A DNA stretch of 20,000 nucleotides. Source: an uncultured virus (IMG/VR IMGVR_UViG_2838114448_000008) (Duplodnaviria > Heunggongvirae > Uroviricota > Caudoviricetes). Numbering within the stretch: the stretch's first letter is position 1; each line of letters starts with the position of its first letter. Positions 1-8,532 of this stretch are shown here, piece after piece. The position numbers and the translations under genes were made by a program. Below the pieces are notes generated by a model. It worked only from the letters and a program-made list of their open reading frames with translations. It did not search any database and had not been told where the DNA came from. The stretch lies in IMG/VR virus record IMGVR_UViG_2838114448_000008. The stretch is one strand, 5' to 3'.

Positions 1-2
1 TC

Positions 3-3000
3 TTGGACGACCTACAAAGCATTCTGAGCGATATGCGGGTTGAGCAACGCGGCGGAAACAGGGTCCGATTGGCGTCCGAACGATACCGTGCCGTGGTTCG
101 CCTGCAATGGGATAACCAAGCGAAAAATTGGCTGCTCACGGCCTTCGAAAAGAGAAGAAGCGGCATCGGCACGACGACAGGCACTGCCGAACTTTCTGGT
201 GGGGATGACACAGCTCGCTCCACCGCCGCTTCATCTCATAATGTAGACCAAAGCACGCCGGGGTTCCAGAGCCCTGACGAATCCCGCCGCCTCCCCGCCG
301 ACACGCCGACCCCGGATCAAGCCATCCGACAGGGCGAAGCCGGCCTTCGCGACCAGCGCACCACCCAGGGCCAGGGCGAGACCTTGGCCCACCAGCTCGG
401 GCGTATCCGGTCCTACATCCTGCATCCGCGCATGATCGCCAGCCGGCACGCGGGCTTCGTGCCCGTCTACAACGCCGTCATCGACCGGCGCCGGCTGCGC
501 GACAACATCACCATCACCCTGACCGAGAAGCGCCGCCCCTATGTGAACTTGAACGAGGCCAGCAAGCGCAAGGTCAACGCGGTGCTCGAGATCGGCCGCC
601 TCCACCAGTCCAACTACACGGACACCCAGCTGAGAGAGGGCGTCACGACGGCTCTCGAAGGCACATCCGCCGCCACGAAGGGCACCGTCTACCGCCTGAC
701 CGATAAGGAGATCGCGGGCTACCGCGCCTACCGCGAGACCATGGATACGGCGCTGGACCTGTTCCGCGACCAGATGATCGAGGAATGGGCCGACCGTCTG
801 GGTGTGCCGAAGGCCGAGGTGGCGACCCTCAAGCAGATCGCCGAAAAGATCGCCGTCATGGAGGACGGGCCACAGCGGGACCAGTGGCGGCAGTTCTACG
901 ACACCATCTTCCAGATCGAGAACCAGAAGCGAATCGGGTACGTGCCGTTCAGTCGCTGGGGCACCATCGCCGTCAAGGTCACGTCCGAGACCGAGACGGA
1001 GCCTGTTCCCGGTGCCGAACCGGACCCGCAGACCGGAGAGGTCCCGACCCGGCCGAAACTGGTGCGCTGGGAGAAGATCGAGATCGACGGCATGGGCCAA
1101 GCCGCGCAGCGGGCTATCGAGGCCGCCTTGCAGCGCGGTGACGGCGGCCGGATCGCGCAGATCCCGGCCGTGCGCAAACGGCTCGCAGCGCTGCGCCGGC
1201 AGTACCCGGAGGGCGCGTTCAAGATCAACCCGCCGCGCGAATTGGCCGGCCCCCTCAACACCGAGGACGTCACCATCGCCGGCATCGACGCCCTCGCCAA
1301 CAACGCCGGCATCGCCCAGAACAAGGCCTACGGGGAAGTCCGGGACGCACTTGAGGATGCGATCCAGGCCCGCGGCTTCCGACGGCACTTCTTCCAGGCC
1401 CGCAACGTGCCCGGATACAGCGGCGACCTGGACCGGGCTGGCGCGGACTATGTCGTCGGGATCGCGCGCTACCTGTCCGACCGGCACTACCGCCAGCCGA
1501 TCGAGACGGCGCTCGGCAAGATCGACCCGCGCCAGAAGCGCCTGAAGGACTATGCCGACCGCTACGTGGACTACGTCGATCAGCCGCAGGAGGAGTGGCA
1601 GACGCTCCGCGCCTTCGCGTTCTACTACCTGCTGACCGGCTTCGGATCGGCCTTCGTCAACCTTACCCAGGTGCCAATCATCACCGCACCGTATGCCGCC
1701 ATGTTCGAAAGCAACCCCGGCCGCCTCGCCTGGCAGTTCGCGCGGGCCGCCGGCGAGGCCATGGCGATGGTCACGGTCAAGAACGGCTGGGAGGCCTTCG
1801 ATCCAAGCAAGGCGCCAAAGGACGTGCGCGACGACCTCACTGCCGCGTGGCACGACGGCCAGATGTGGCCGCAGACGTCATTCGAGGAAATGGCCCTCGC
1901 CCATCGCCGTACCCTGTTCCAGAACCTCGGGCACACGGCCGCATCCGATGCCGGCCGGATCGGCGGCAAGGCCCTGGGCGGCGCCTTGGAAACGCTGACC
2001 CTGATGTTCTCGTTCGCGGAGCGGTTCAACCGGATCGTGACGTTCATCGTTGGCCACCGGCTGGGGCAGAAGCCGGGGACGAAACGGCGGCTGGCCGAGA
2101 TTTACGCCAAGAACCCGCTCGCCCGCTCCAACGTGGTGCTGGATCCAAGCCCGCGCGCGGTCGGGACGTGGCTCATCGAAGAGACCCACTACCGCATGGG
2201 CAAGGAGAACCGCGCGGCCATCGGACGCGGACCGGGAGCCCCGATCACACAGTTCAAGGGCTTCATGATGCAGACCCTGGAACTGTACGCCCGCATGGCG
2301 ACCCGTCATGGCCCGGCCGGCCGGCGGGCGTTCGCTGGCATGATGGTCATGCTGCTGATGTCGGGGGGCGCGTTCGGCCTGCCTGGCGCGGACGACCTGA
2401 AGGATATGATCGAGGCCCTATGGCGTCAGTATTTCGGGGTCGACCGCGACTTCGAGACCGAGTTCCGCGAAGCGCTGATCGAACTGACCGACAGCCGCAC
2501 CGTCGCCGAGGTGCTGGCGCGCGGCGCATCGCGGGCCACCCCGGTTGACCTGGGCCGTCGCATCGGCTTGGGCGACCTGATCCCGACCGCTCAGCGCGAC
2601 ATGGATTGGTCTGATCTGGCCGGGCCGGCCGTCTCGACGGTCACGCAACGGGCCCGCCAGTTGGCCGTCGCCTCTAGCCGCGATGACTGGTCCGAGGCGA
2701 TGGCGCTGGCCCTGCCCGCCCTCGTTCCGGCCTTCCTGCAATATCCCCTCCAGGGCCTCGTGACCTATCCGACCGTCGGCGTCGTCTCGTCCTACGACGG
2801 CATGACGCTGATCCGGCCGGAGGACATCCAGACCGACGATCAGATGTGGAAGGCCCTCGGCTTCACCTCGACCCGCCTCTCGCGCGAATGGGAGGCCCGG
2901 GAGGCCATCCGCCGGCGCGGCTCCGCCGTCGATGTGCTGCGCTCACGCACATACATGAAACTCGCCCTGGCTCTGGCGGAGCAGATGCAGGCCGAGGAAG

Positions 3001-3233
3001 CCGGCGACACGGCTCGCGCGGATGCCGCTGACCGACGCTACCGGGACGTGCTGGCCGCCAACGCCCTGCACAACGAGGCCGTCCGCGCCGCTGGACGCGA
3101 GTGGGAAGAGGTGCATGTGCGAAAAGCCACCCTCATTCGCAAGGTCCACGAGCTGATCGAGGGCAAACGCCCCCAACTGCCCCAACGCCTCCAGGGCACC
3201 CAGGAGCGGACCGAAGCGGTGTTCGGCCACTGA
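3..3233 (+). CDS. C-terminal part (5'-truncated by window edge) of a large phage internal virion / polyvalent protein; N-terminal barnase/colicin E5-like (PBECR-type) nuclease segment and PLxRFG-like domain
   Basis: Open for >1076 codons from the window edge with strong GC3 bias. 'NRVRLASERYRAVVRLQWDNQAKNWLLTAFEK' resembles PBECR nuclease domains of polyvalent proteins. 'GYVPFSRWG' resembles the PLxRFG motif. The helical C-terminus with 'QFKGF..Q.LE' and 'GG..GLPG' is typical of podovirus ejection proteins. Sits directly before the lysis genes. Confidence 0.75.
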   Translation: MDDLQSILSDMRVEQRGGNRVRLASERYRAVVRLQWDNQAKNWLLTAFEKRRSGIGTTTGTAELSGGDDTARSTAASSHNVDQSTPGFQSPDESRRLPADTPTPDQAIRQGEAGLRDQRTTQGQGETLAHQLGRIRSYILHPRMIASRHAGFVPVYNAVIDRRRLRDNITITLTEKRRPYVNLNEASKRKVNAVLEIGRLHQSNYTDTQLREGVTTALEGTSAATKGTVYRLTDKEIAGYRAYRETMDTALDLFRDQMIEEWADRLGVPKAEVATLKQIAEKIAVMEDGPQRDQWRQFYDTIFQIENQKRIGYVPFSRWGTIAVKVTSETETEPVPGAEPDPQTGEVPTRPKLVRWEKIEIDGMGQAAQRAIEAALQRGDGGRIAQIPAVRKRLAALRRQYPEGAFKINPPRELAGPLNTEDVTIAGIDALANNAGIAQNKAYGEVRDALEDAIQARGFRRHFFQARNVPGYSGDLDRAGADYVVGIARYLSDRHYRQPIETALGKIDPRQKRLKDYADRYVDYVDQPQEEWQTLRAFAFYYLLTGFGSAFVNLTQVPIITAPYAAMFESNPGRLAWQFARAAGEAMAMVTVKNGWEAFDPSKAPKDVRDDLTAAWHDGQMWPQTSFEEMALAHRRTLFQNLGHTAASDAGRIGGKALGGALETLTLMFSFAERFNRIVTFIVGHRLGQKPGTKRRLAEIYAKNPLARSNVVLDPSPRAVGTWLIEETHYRMGKENRAAIGRGPGAPITQFKGFMMQTLELYARMATRHGPAGRRAFAGMMVMLLMSGGAFGLPGADDLKDMIEALWRQYFGVDRDFETEFREALIELTDSRTVAEVLARGASRATPVDLGRRIGLGDLIPTAQRDMDWSDLAGPAVSTVTQRARQLAVASSRDDWSEAMALALPALVPAFLQYPLQGLVTYPTVGVVSSYDGMTLIRPEDIQTDDQMWKALGFTSTRLSREWEAREAIRRRGSAVDVLRSRTYMKLALALAEQMQAEEAGDTARADAADRRYRDVLAANALHNEAVRAAGREWEEVHVRKATLIRKVHELIEGKRPQLPQRLQGTQERTEAVFGH

Positions 3234-3255
3234 GCGCGGCGGGACAAGCCGTAGG

Positions 3256-3621
3256 GTGACCGAAGACCACCCCACGGAACCCGGCGCGCCCATGACCACT
3301 CCGATCACCTTCGAAGTCCTGGGGACCATCCTGACCATCATCGCGACCACGGTAGGGGTGGCGATCTGGATCGTGACCGAGATCGCGAAGAGCCGGCGAG
3401 ACTCCCAGGACGGGCGGCGGGAGCTGTATGCCCGGATCGACCAAAACATGCATGAGATCGCGGAAACCTATATGCGCCGCGACCTGCATGACGCCGAGAT
3501 GCGAGCCGTCCAGCACTCCTTGCAGGAAACGAACACCATCCTGTCGAACATCACCAACCGCGTTTGCCCATTCGAGGCGCGCCCGGACCCAGGGGACCGT
3601 CCTTCGCAGGAGACACGATGA
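3256..3621 (+). CDS. Holin-like single-TM membrane protein of the prophage lysis cassette (alternative start ATG 3292)
   Basis: One hydrophobic segment (VLGTILTIIATTVGVAIWIV) followed by a charged coiled coil. Its stop overlaps the endolysin start (ATGA at 3618-3621). Confidence 0.55.
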   Translation: MTEDHPTEPGAPMTTPITFEVLGTILTIIATTVGVAIWIVTEIAKSRRDSQDGRRELYARIDQNMHEIAETYMRRDLHDAEMRAVQHSLQETNTILSNITNRVCPFEARPDPGDRPSQETR

Positions 3622-4271
3622 TGGTCGAGACCCCGAGCCTTTATTCCCACTACCGCGATGTGCCGGCCGGCTCCTGGCGCTGGCCGCATTTCAGCCCGGC
3701 CGAAATCGCCTGTCGGGGAACCGGGGAAATCCTGGTCCATCCGCAGGCGCTCGACGCGCTGGAAGCCCTGCGCGCTGCCCTGGGCGGCAAGCCTCTGATC
3801 GTCAACAGCGCGTACCGGTCCGCGACGCACAACAAGGCGGTTGGTGGCGCCACGCACTCCAAACACCGCGAGGGCACCGCCTTCGACATCGCGTGCGGCA
3901 ACGTCCACCCGACCGTGCTGCGCGATGCCGCCATGGCCTGCGGCTTTCAGGCCGCCGCCTACTACCCCAAGCAGGGATTCGTGCATGTGGACCTGGGACC
4001 GCCCCGCTCCTGGGGCCCGGCGTTCCCGGCCCGACCGCTTGTGGATGGCGAGGACGACGAACGGTTCGCGGTCGAGAAGACCAAGCCCGCGCCCGGCAAA
4101 GTCTCGACCGCCGTTGGTCTGGGCACGTCCGTTGCCGGCGGAGGGGCCGCCATCCTGGAGCAGTTCGATGGCGACCTCGCCAAGCTCGCCGTCGTGGCCT
4201 TGGTCCTGCTGGTCGGCGGCGCTCTCCTTGCGGCGTGGCGTCTGGGTTGGTTGACGGAGCGTGCGCGGTGA
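3618..4271 (+). CDS. Endolysin, peptidase M15 (D-Ala-D-Ala carboxypeptidase/YcbK-like) family with C-terminal hydrophobic segments
   Basis: AGGAG RBS before ATG 3618. M15 motifs 'SAYRS..HN..VGGA..SKH..G.A.DI' and 'FVHVD'. C-terminal 'LAVVALVLLVGGALLAAW' is TM-like. Confidence 0.85.
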   Translation: MMVETPSLYSHYRDVPAGSWRWPHFSPAEIACRGTGEILVHPQALDALEALRAALGGKPLIVNSAYRSATHNKAVGGATHSKHREGTAFDIACGNVHPTVLRDAAMACGFQAAAYYPKQGFVHVDLGPPRSWGPAFPARPLVDGEDDERFAVEKTKPAPGKVSTAVGLGTSVAGGGAAILEQFDGDLAKLAVVALVLLVGGALLAAWRLGWLTERAR

Positions 4272-4669
4272 TCGGCGCTATCGGGCTCGTCGCCCGTTTC
4301 GGCCCGGCCTTTGCCGTCGTCGGCGTGCTTCTGGCGGCGGCCGCAGGGGGATCGTGGATCACGTCGACCGTAGACGAACGCGACCAACTGGAACTGGAGA
4401 CAGCGGAGCAGCGCGAAACCATAGCGGCCTACGACGCCGCGCTGAAAAAGGCCGAGGCGGATCGGCGGGCCGTCGAAGCGGCGCTAGGCCGCGCTGCTGA
4501 GCAAACCGCGCGTCTCGTCTCCGACCGCGCCACCATCCTGGAGGACCTAAGCCATGCGACCGCTCCGGACTGTCCTGTGCCTGATGCTGTGCGCCGCGCC
4601 GTTGATCGCCTGTACTCCGGCGAGGGAAGTGGCTGGGCCGCCGACCGAGGCCCGCAAGCCGATCCCTGA
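4268..4669 (+). CDS. Inner-membrane spanin (Rz-like)
   Basis: GTG start coupled to the endolysin stop (GTGA 4268-4271). N-terminal TM (FAVVGVLLAAAAGGSWI), long Ala/Glu/Arg coiled coil, C-terminal 'DCPVPDAVRRAVDRL'. Confidence 0.75.
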   Translation: MIGAIGLVARFGPAFAVVGVLLAAAAGGSWITSTVDERDQLELETAEQRETIAAYDAALKKAEADRRAVEAALGRAAEQTARLVSDRATILEDLSHATAPDCPVPDAVRRAVDRLYSGEGSGWAADRGPQADP

Positions 4670-4868
4670 CGCGCTGATGGACTGCCCGGAGGGATCCGAG
4701 AGGCCGGATCGGATCGACATAGTGTCCCTGTCGATCACCCTGGCCGAGGAACGAACCGCCGGGGAAATCTGTCGCGCCAGGATGCGGGAAATCAGGGATC
4801 TGGTGACCCCAGCACCTCGGCGCGGCGGGCCCGCCCTGCCTCTGTCAGGCTCCACCGACCCTCGATAG
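4554..4868 (+). CDS. Outer-membrane lipoprotein spanin (Rz1-like), overlapping the i-spanin in another frame
   Basis: GGAGG upstream. Signal peptide MRPLRTVLCLMLCAAPLIA-C with lipobox LIAC. Pro-rich 'IPDALMDCP' and a second Cys. Starts inside the i-spanin gene. Confidence 0.8.
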   Translation: MRPLRTVLCLMLCAAPLIACTPAREVAGPPTEARKPIPDALMDCPEGSERPDRIDIVSLSITLAEERTAGEICRARMREIRDLVTPAPRRGGPALPLSGSTDPR

Positions 4869-4998
4869 GGGGAGCCACCAGCCCAGCCCGCAAGGCCCTG
4901 ACAGACAGCCATATCGGCACATCAAAGTCCAGGTGCCCGTCTTGATCGGCCCCCATAAGCCACAGGGTCACGGCGTGGTCTTCGGTCAAGCGTGTCAT
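4792..4998 (-). CDS. Small hypothetical protein with a winged-helix-like C-terminal signature
   Basis: 68 aa. 'ALRAGLV....GRWSLTEAGRAR' pattern is typical of small wHTH proteins. Overlaps the o-spanin 3' end convergently. Confidence 0.4.
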   Translation of the reverse strand: MTRLTEDHAVTLWLMGADQDGHLDFDVPIWLSVRALRAGLVAPPIEGRWSLTEAGRARRAEVLGSPDP

Positions 4999-5301
4999 GA
5001 TAGGCGGCCCGATGCTCTTCCCAGCGAATTCACTTTGTCACGCCCCCGCCCGCATTTCAACTCCCGCCGCGCGGGGCTCTCTCTTAGGTCGAGACCGGAA
5101 AAGGTCCGGCCGACGCGCACACTGACGCGCACCGTGACCGTAGATGGCGTCGCCGTCAGCCTCGATCATACGGTGGATGGCGCGGCGGTCGGGGTCTACA
5201 TCACGCCACCGGATCAGACCGAGCCGGAGGTCCGCATCCTGTGTCACCGGCTTTCGGTGGCGCTGTGCCGGCTGATCCAGGACCGGCCAGCGGACCTTTG
5301 A
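4933..5301 (+). CDS. Possible small hypothetical protein (true start probably downstream of the ORF-track start)
   Basis: C-terminal half (TVTVDGVAVSLDHTVDGAAVGVYITPP...LCRLIQD) is protein-like with GC3 bias. The N-terminal half is not convincing. Confidence 0.3.
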   Translation: MPVLIGPHKPQGHGVVFGQACHDRRPDALPSEFTLSRPRPHFNSRRAGLSLRSRPEKVRPTRTLTRTVTVDGVAVSLDHTVDGAAVGVYITPPDQTEPEVRILCHRLSVALCRLIQDRPADL

Positions 5302-5485
5302 CCTGCGCCCCGTCTAGGTACGCGGCGGGCCGCGATCAAGCGCGCCACGACGTCTTCTCTATAAGCGATCCAAGCCGCCAGCAACCGCTTCCGTTTCGCC
5401 CCGCCAACGTCGCCGATAGCCCGAAACAGCGATTAAACTGATAGCCATAGGTCGCAAATCGCACCTACCCACCCTTCTCCACATA

Positions 5486-5494
5486 TGGTATAAT
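5486..5494 (+). promoter_or_regulatory. Extended -10 promoter element (TGgTATAAT) upstream of the PRTase-DprA operon
   Basis: Perfect TGnTATAAT about 140 nt upstream of ATG 5636, in an AT-rich intergenic region. Confidence 0.55.
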
Positions 5495-5566
5495 TGTTCG
5501 CGATATCGTGGCGACGGCTAATATTCTCAATCCCCATATCCGCGCGACGAGAGCAATCGAACCCAA

Positions 5567-5591
5567 ATCGGTTGATCTAAAGTCAACCGAT
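5567..5591. promoter_or_regulatory. Perfect inverted repeat ATCGGTTGA-N7-TCAACCGAT (operator or leader hairpin)
   Basis: 9-bp arms read directly from the sequence, about 45 nt before the PRTase start. Confidence 0.45.
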
Positions 5592-5635
5592 CCAAAATAA
5601 AAAAATCACGTCAGCAAAAAAGTGGGAAGTTTAAT

Positions 5636-6307
5636 ATGTCGATACCAAGCTGGACCCCTTTTGGTACAATGATGTATTTTCCTCGTCTGGATGCAAGCGG
5701 ACACACGCTTCCTGTTTACACCATAGGGTGGCGCTTCACTGATGATGCCGATGAGTGGTCAAGGCGTTTCATTGGCTTTAAAAATGGCGAACGCGAACAT
5801 TTGCGCGGCGCCGCCCGGGCCTTAAGGTACTGCATGCAGGACTTTGTGTATAAGAAAAAATTAAAAAAAGAAAGCACTGGATTATTAACCGCCATATATT
5901 CTTCAAAGACAAGGTCAGAAGAAAATTCTTCCTTATATATACTTGGAAAGTGGCTGTCGGCTCAGTTGGATGTAAAATTTCTTTCACATCACCTTACAAA
6001 AGAGGTGCACAGATCCCTTCATAGCTTGGGGTCAAGGTACGATCGAGATTCGGAGGTTTTTCAAAAATATAGATGCACGAAAATTACTGGAGTAACTGAT
6101 GTTATTATTTTAGATGATCTTGTTACTAGGGGCGCTACATTTAAAGATATAAGTCGATCGATCGAAAAAAGTACGCCCGGAGTCTCAGTATACGGAATTG
6201 CTCTTGCCAAAAATGAGAGGGTTTCGTATGCTAAACAATGCGGAGCCTCCATAAGTAATGGTCATATACCGGAAAATATGAATAGGTTATGGATTGGAAG
6301 TAAATAA
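5636..6307 (+). CDS. ComF-like type I phosphoribosyltransferase (ShosT-like putative toxin)
   Basis: PRPP-binding motif 'VIILDDLVTRGATF'. AT-rich codon usage. Abuts the DprA gene (TAA ATG at 6305-6310). Confidence 0.8.
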   Translation: MSIPSWTPFGTMMYFPRLDASGHTLPVYTIGWRFTDDADEWSRRFIGFKNGEREHLRGAARALRYCMQDFVYKKKLKKESTGLLTAIYSSKTRSEENSSLYILGKWLSAQLDVKFLSHHLTKEVHRSLHSLGSRYDRDSEVFQKYRCTKITGVTDVIILDDLVTRGATFKDISRSIEKSTPGVSVYGIALAKNERVSYAKQCGASISNGHIPENMNRLWIGSK

Positions 6308-7228
6308 ATGAGCTCCATTGTATCAAATGAAACCTACCGCATACTGAAACTTTCAGTGACACCGGGAGTTGGCGCAGCTTGTTTGCGTAAGATATCCTTA
6401 TTTGCTCAGAAAAATGGAATCGAATCACTTTACAATGATAGAGATGTATACAAGTTTCTGCCCTCAAGAATAGAAGCGTATAACGCAGAGAGCTCAAGTA
6501 CATCTGCGGACAAAATTCTTGTGTCCTGTGATGAAAACAATGTTCGTTTGATATCGTTTCTAGACCCCCTATACCCTGCCGCATTAAAAAGTGTCCCCGA
6601 CTTTCCAGTTCTCCTTTATATAAAGGGCGACGCAGCAGCCCTCTCGAAGGTTGGCTGCGCTGTCGTCGGAACGAGGCACGCAAGTAAGCTTGGGCTTAGC
6701 TGGGCTCGGCAAATTGCCTCACTACTTGTTAAGAACGGATTTTGCGTCGTTAGTGGTCTCGCGCTCGGAATTGATACGGCAGCTCACGAAGGCGCTTTAC
6801 AGGCTGGCGGGGCTACGGTGGCGGTCATGGCCCATGGTCTTGATAAGGTGACGCCAGCAAGAAATAAGAACCTATCGACCCAAATAATTGAAAATGGTGG
6901 AGCCCTGGTTTCTGAACATGCTCCTGGAGTTCCGCCCCGAAAACAAGAGTATGTTCGTAGAAACAGGATACAAAGCGGCCTTTCTATATGCTCTTTAGTG
7001 GTAGAGAGCAGCGAAAGCGGCGGATCAATATATCAGGGCAAGTTTACATTGCAACAGAATAGGAAGTTATTTTGTATTATGCCCCCTGAAAATACACGCG
7101 GGGTATCCGACTTTCAGGCAGCGGGCGCGAGGAGGTTGATTAGAGAAGCGGGAGCCAAGCCGATTGGCTCGAGCGAGGAGTTGCTTTCGGCAATTAATTC
7201 CGCAGAGATAACCAACTCAATGAACTAA
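6308..7228 (+). CDS. dprA: DprA/Smf-family DNA-processing protein (ShosA-like putative antitoxin)
   Basis: Motifs 'YP..L....D.P.LLY.KG', 'AVVGTR.AS', 'VVSGLALGIDTAAH', 'RRNRIQSGLS', 'VVES...GGS'. Lacks the C-terminal extension of housekeeping DprA. Accessory, AT-rich copy. Confidence 0.9.
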   Translation: MSSIVSNETYRILKLSVTPGVGAACLRKISLFAQKNGIESLYNDRDVYKFLPSRIEAYNAESSSTSADKILVSCDENNVRLISFLDPLYPAALKSVPDFPVLLYIKGDAAALSKVGCAVVGTRHASKLGLSWARQIASLLVKNGFCVVSGLALGIDTAAHEGALQAGGATVAVMAHGLDKVTPARNKNLSTQIIENGGALVSEHAPGVPPRKQEYVRRNRIQSGLSICSLVVESSESGGSIYQGKFTLQQNRKLFCIMPPENTRGVSDFQAAGARRLIREAGAKPIGSSEELLSAINSAEITNSMN

Positions 7229-7306
7229 AGCTCTTAGCGTCGTGGATGGCGTCCCAGAGCTCAGTGACGGTGCGGACGCCGCAGATGGAACCGCGTAAGC
7301 ATTTGC

Positions 7307-7684
7307 CTACTTCGCAGCCACTCCCAATAGGAAATCGAGAAACCCCCGCCGCGCATCAGGCCGCAAGGCCCTGTACGCCTCCAGGACTTCGCGCTCCTCG
7401 GGATCATCCGACGCCGCGGAGTTGCCACCTGCTAGCGGATCATGCTGTCCGAAGAAGGTAGAGACGGGAACGCCGAGAACACGGGCCGCTGAAGCCATGG
7501 CGCTGACGGTGATGATCACGCTGCCATTCTCCAGCCGGTGGACCTGAGCCGGCTGCATCCCCATGCGCTCCGCCATGTCAGCCACCGACAGGCCCGCGCG
7601 TTCCCGCGCCTCTCGGATGGACTGGCCTATGTCGCGCTCCAAGGCAACGTTCCGCTGCCCACGGCGCCGCACGCTTTCATTCAT
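7307..7684 (-). CDS. XRE-family helix-turn-helix transcriptional regulator
   Basis: 'IGQSIREARERAGLSVADMAERMGMQPAQVHRLENG' Cro/C1 HTH and the typical 'EEREVLEAYRAL' C-terminus. Confidence 0.85.
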   Translation of the reverse strand: MNESVRRRGQRNVALERDIGQSIREARERAGLSVADMAERMGMQPAQVHRLENGSVIITVSAMASAARVLGVPVSTFFGQHDPLAGGNSAASDDPEEREVLEAYRALRPDARRGFLDFLLGVAAK

Positions 7685-7759
7685 TGAAAGCCCCCCCTAC
7701 TGTCACCCATTGATAGCATAGGGGCTGGTGGCGCTATAGCCTTTCTTTAGTTGTGTATC

Positions 7760-7781
7760 TCCCCTAACGAAAGTTAGGGGA
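7760..7781. promoter_or_regulatory. Perfect palindrome TCCCCTAAC-GAAA-GTTAGGGGA upstream of the XRE gene (candidate operator or hairpin)
   Basis: 9-bp perfect arms, about 75 nt upstream of the XRE start codon. Confidence 0.45.
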
Positions 7782-7893
7782 TCTCGCGGGACTCAAAACT
7801 TCAGCGATGGCTCGCCGCGACGGGCGGCTCGCGCCAAAACCACGACGGTCCGAAAAACGGGATTCTTAGCACTCGTCGGATCCTCGAACTGAC

Positions 7894-8322
7894 TCACCTT
7901 GAAACGCAGTACCCTGGCAGAGGCATTCGCTGCGCCTCGGGCTGCTCATCTTCAGCGTATCGGCCGCCGCTGAAACGCGGGCAATCGCGCCCGAGGCCGG
8001 CGCGGACAAGGGCCGCCGCAATATCATGGTGATCGATCGAGCACACCCCGATCATTCGGTCGTATGACCTTTCGCCCGTCAGCGTGCAGGTGACGATCCG
8101 GCCGCCAACCAAGGTGCGCATGAACCGCGCTGCCTCAGGGCCGCCAGGGTCGGCCAGCTCCGGAGCATGCAAGCCCTGGAGTCGGATCGGCTGACCGGAA
8201 ACCACAATCGTGTCGCCGTCGCGGACGTGCGTGACCTGACCGGTCAGTGTGTCGGTGGCGTAGGCGGAGGTCATCATGATGATGGTCATAATGGTGGCTA
8301 GCTGGGCGGAGATACAATGCAT
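7894..8322 (-). CDS. Secreted thermonuclease (SNase family)
   Basis: GAGGT RBS before ATG 8322. Signal-peptide-like N-terminus ending SAYA. SNase motifs 'VRDGDT', 'IRLQGLHAPE', 'SYDRMIGVC', 'LVRAGL'. Confidence 0.85.
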   Translation of the reverse strand: MHCISAQLATIMTIIMMTSAYATDTLTGQVTHVRDGDTIVVSGQPIRLQGLHAPELADPGGPEAARFMRTLVGGRIVTCTLTGERSYDRMIGVCSIDHHDIAAALVRAGLGRDCPRFSGGRYAEDEQPEAQRMPLPGYCVSR

Positions 8323-8422
8323 CGGCGGGACCTCATACTCGAAACAAATTGTGGTGGCCTCAATCCGGCCACCACCTTCTTTCGGCATACTTCTTCGCTA
8401 ATCGCAGCGAAAAACGGCACAA

Positions 8423-8435
8423 TAACCGATTGATT
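8423..8435 (-). promoter_or_regulatory. IHF-consensus site next to the putative attR junction
   Basis: Minus strand reads AATCAATCGGTTA, an exact match to WATCAANNNNTTR, 13 nt from the start of the capsid fragment. Confidence 0.6.
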
Positions 8436-8448
8436 TTAGGAACGAACC

Positions 8449-8532
8449 CACTTCGTGAACAACATGATGAGCCAGGGCGCGGTGCTGATCGACGGGGCCG
8501 GCGTGGCCTCCCTGCCCTGCCACGAAGACTGA
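8449..8532 (+). pseudogene. Orphan 3' end of a major capsid protein gene (HFVNNMMSQGAVLIDGAGVASLPCHED*)
   Basis: Clean GC3-rich codons begin at 8449, with in-frame TGA (8431) and TAG (8437) just upstream. The peptide matches my recollection of the C-terminus of alphaproteobacterial podovirus-type capsid proteins. It occupies the capsid position (before terminator, small gene and tubular A/B). Confidence 0.75.

Larger units (their letters stand above)
1..8448. mobile_element. Right arm of an integrated podovirus-type prophage (left end outside window)
   Basis: Ejection protein, then lysis cassette, then accessory cargo, then an abrupt junction with an IHF site and a truncated gene at 8449. 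Confidence 0.75.

Noticed and set aside
231..2548. Long alternative-frame and antisense ORFs (e.g. 231-1853 minus, 1595-2548 plus; likewise 11846-13432 minus, 16023-17885 plus)
   Set aside because: Typical stop-poor shadow frames of high-GC genes, with no motifs or RBS support.
3428..4267. 413-aa ORF-track protein 3428-4669
   Set aside because: Only the part from GTG 4268 is protein-like (i-spanin); the upstream part overlaps the holin-like and endolysin genes in a shadow frame.
6308..7228. Housekeeping competence dprA/comF locus
   Set aside because: AT-rich foreign composition, prophage location and direct PRTase-DprA coupling fit an accessory defence pair better.
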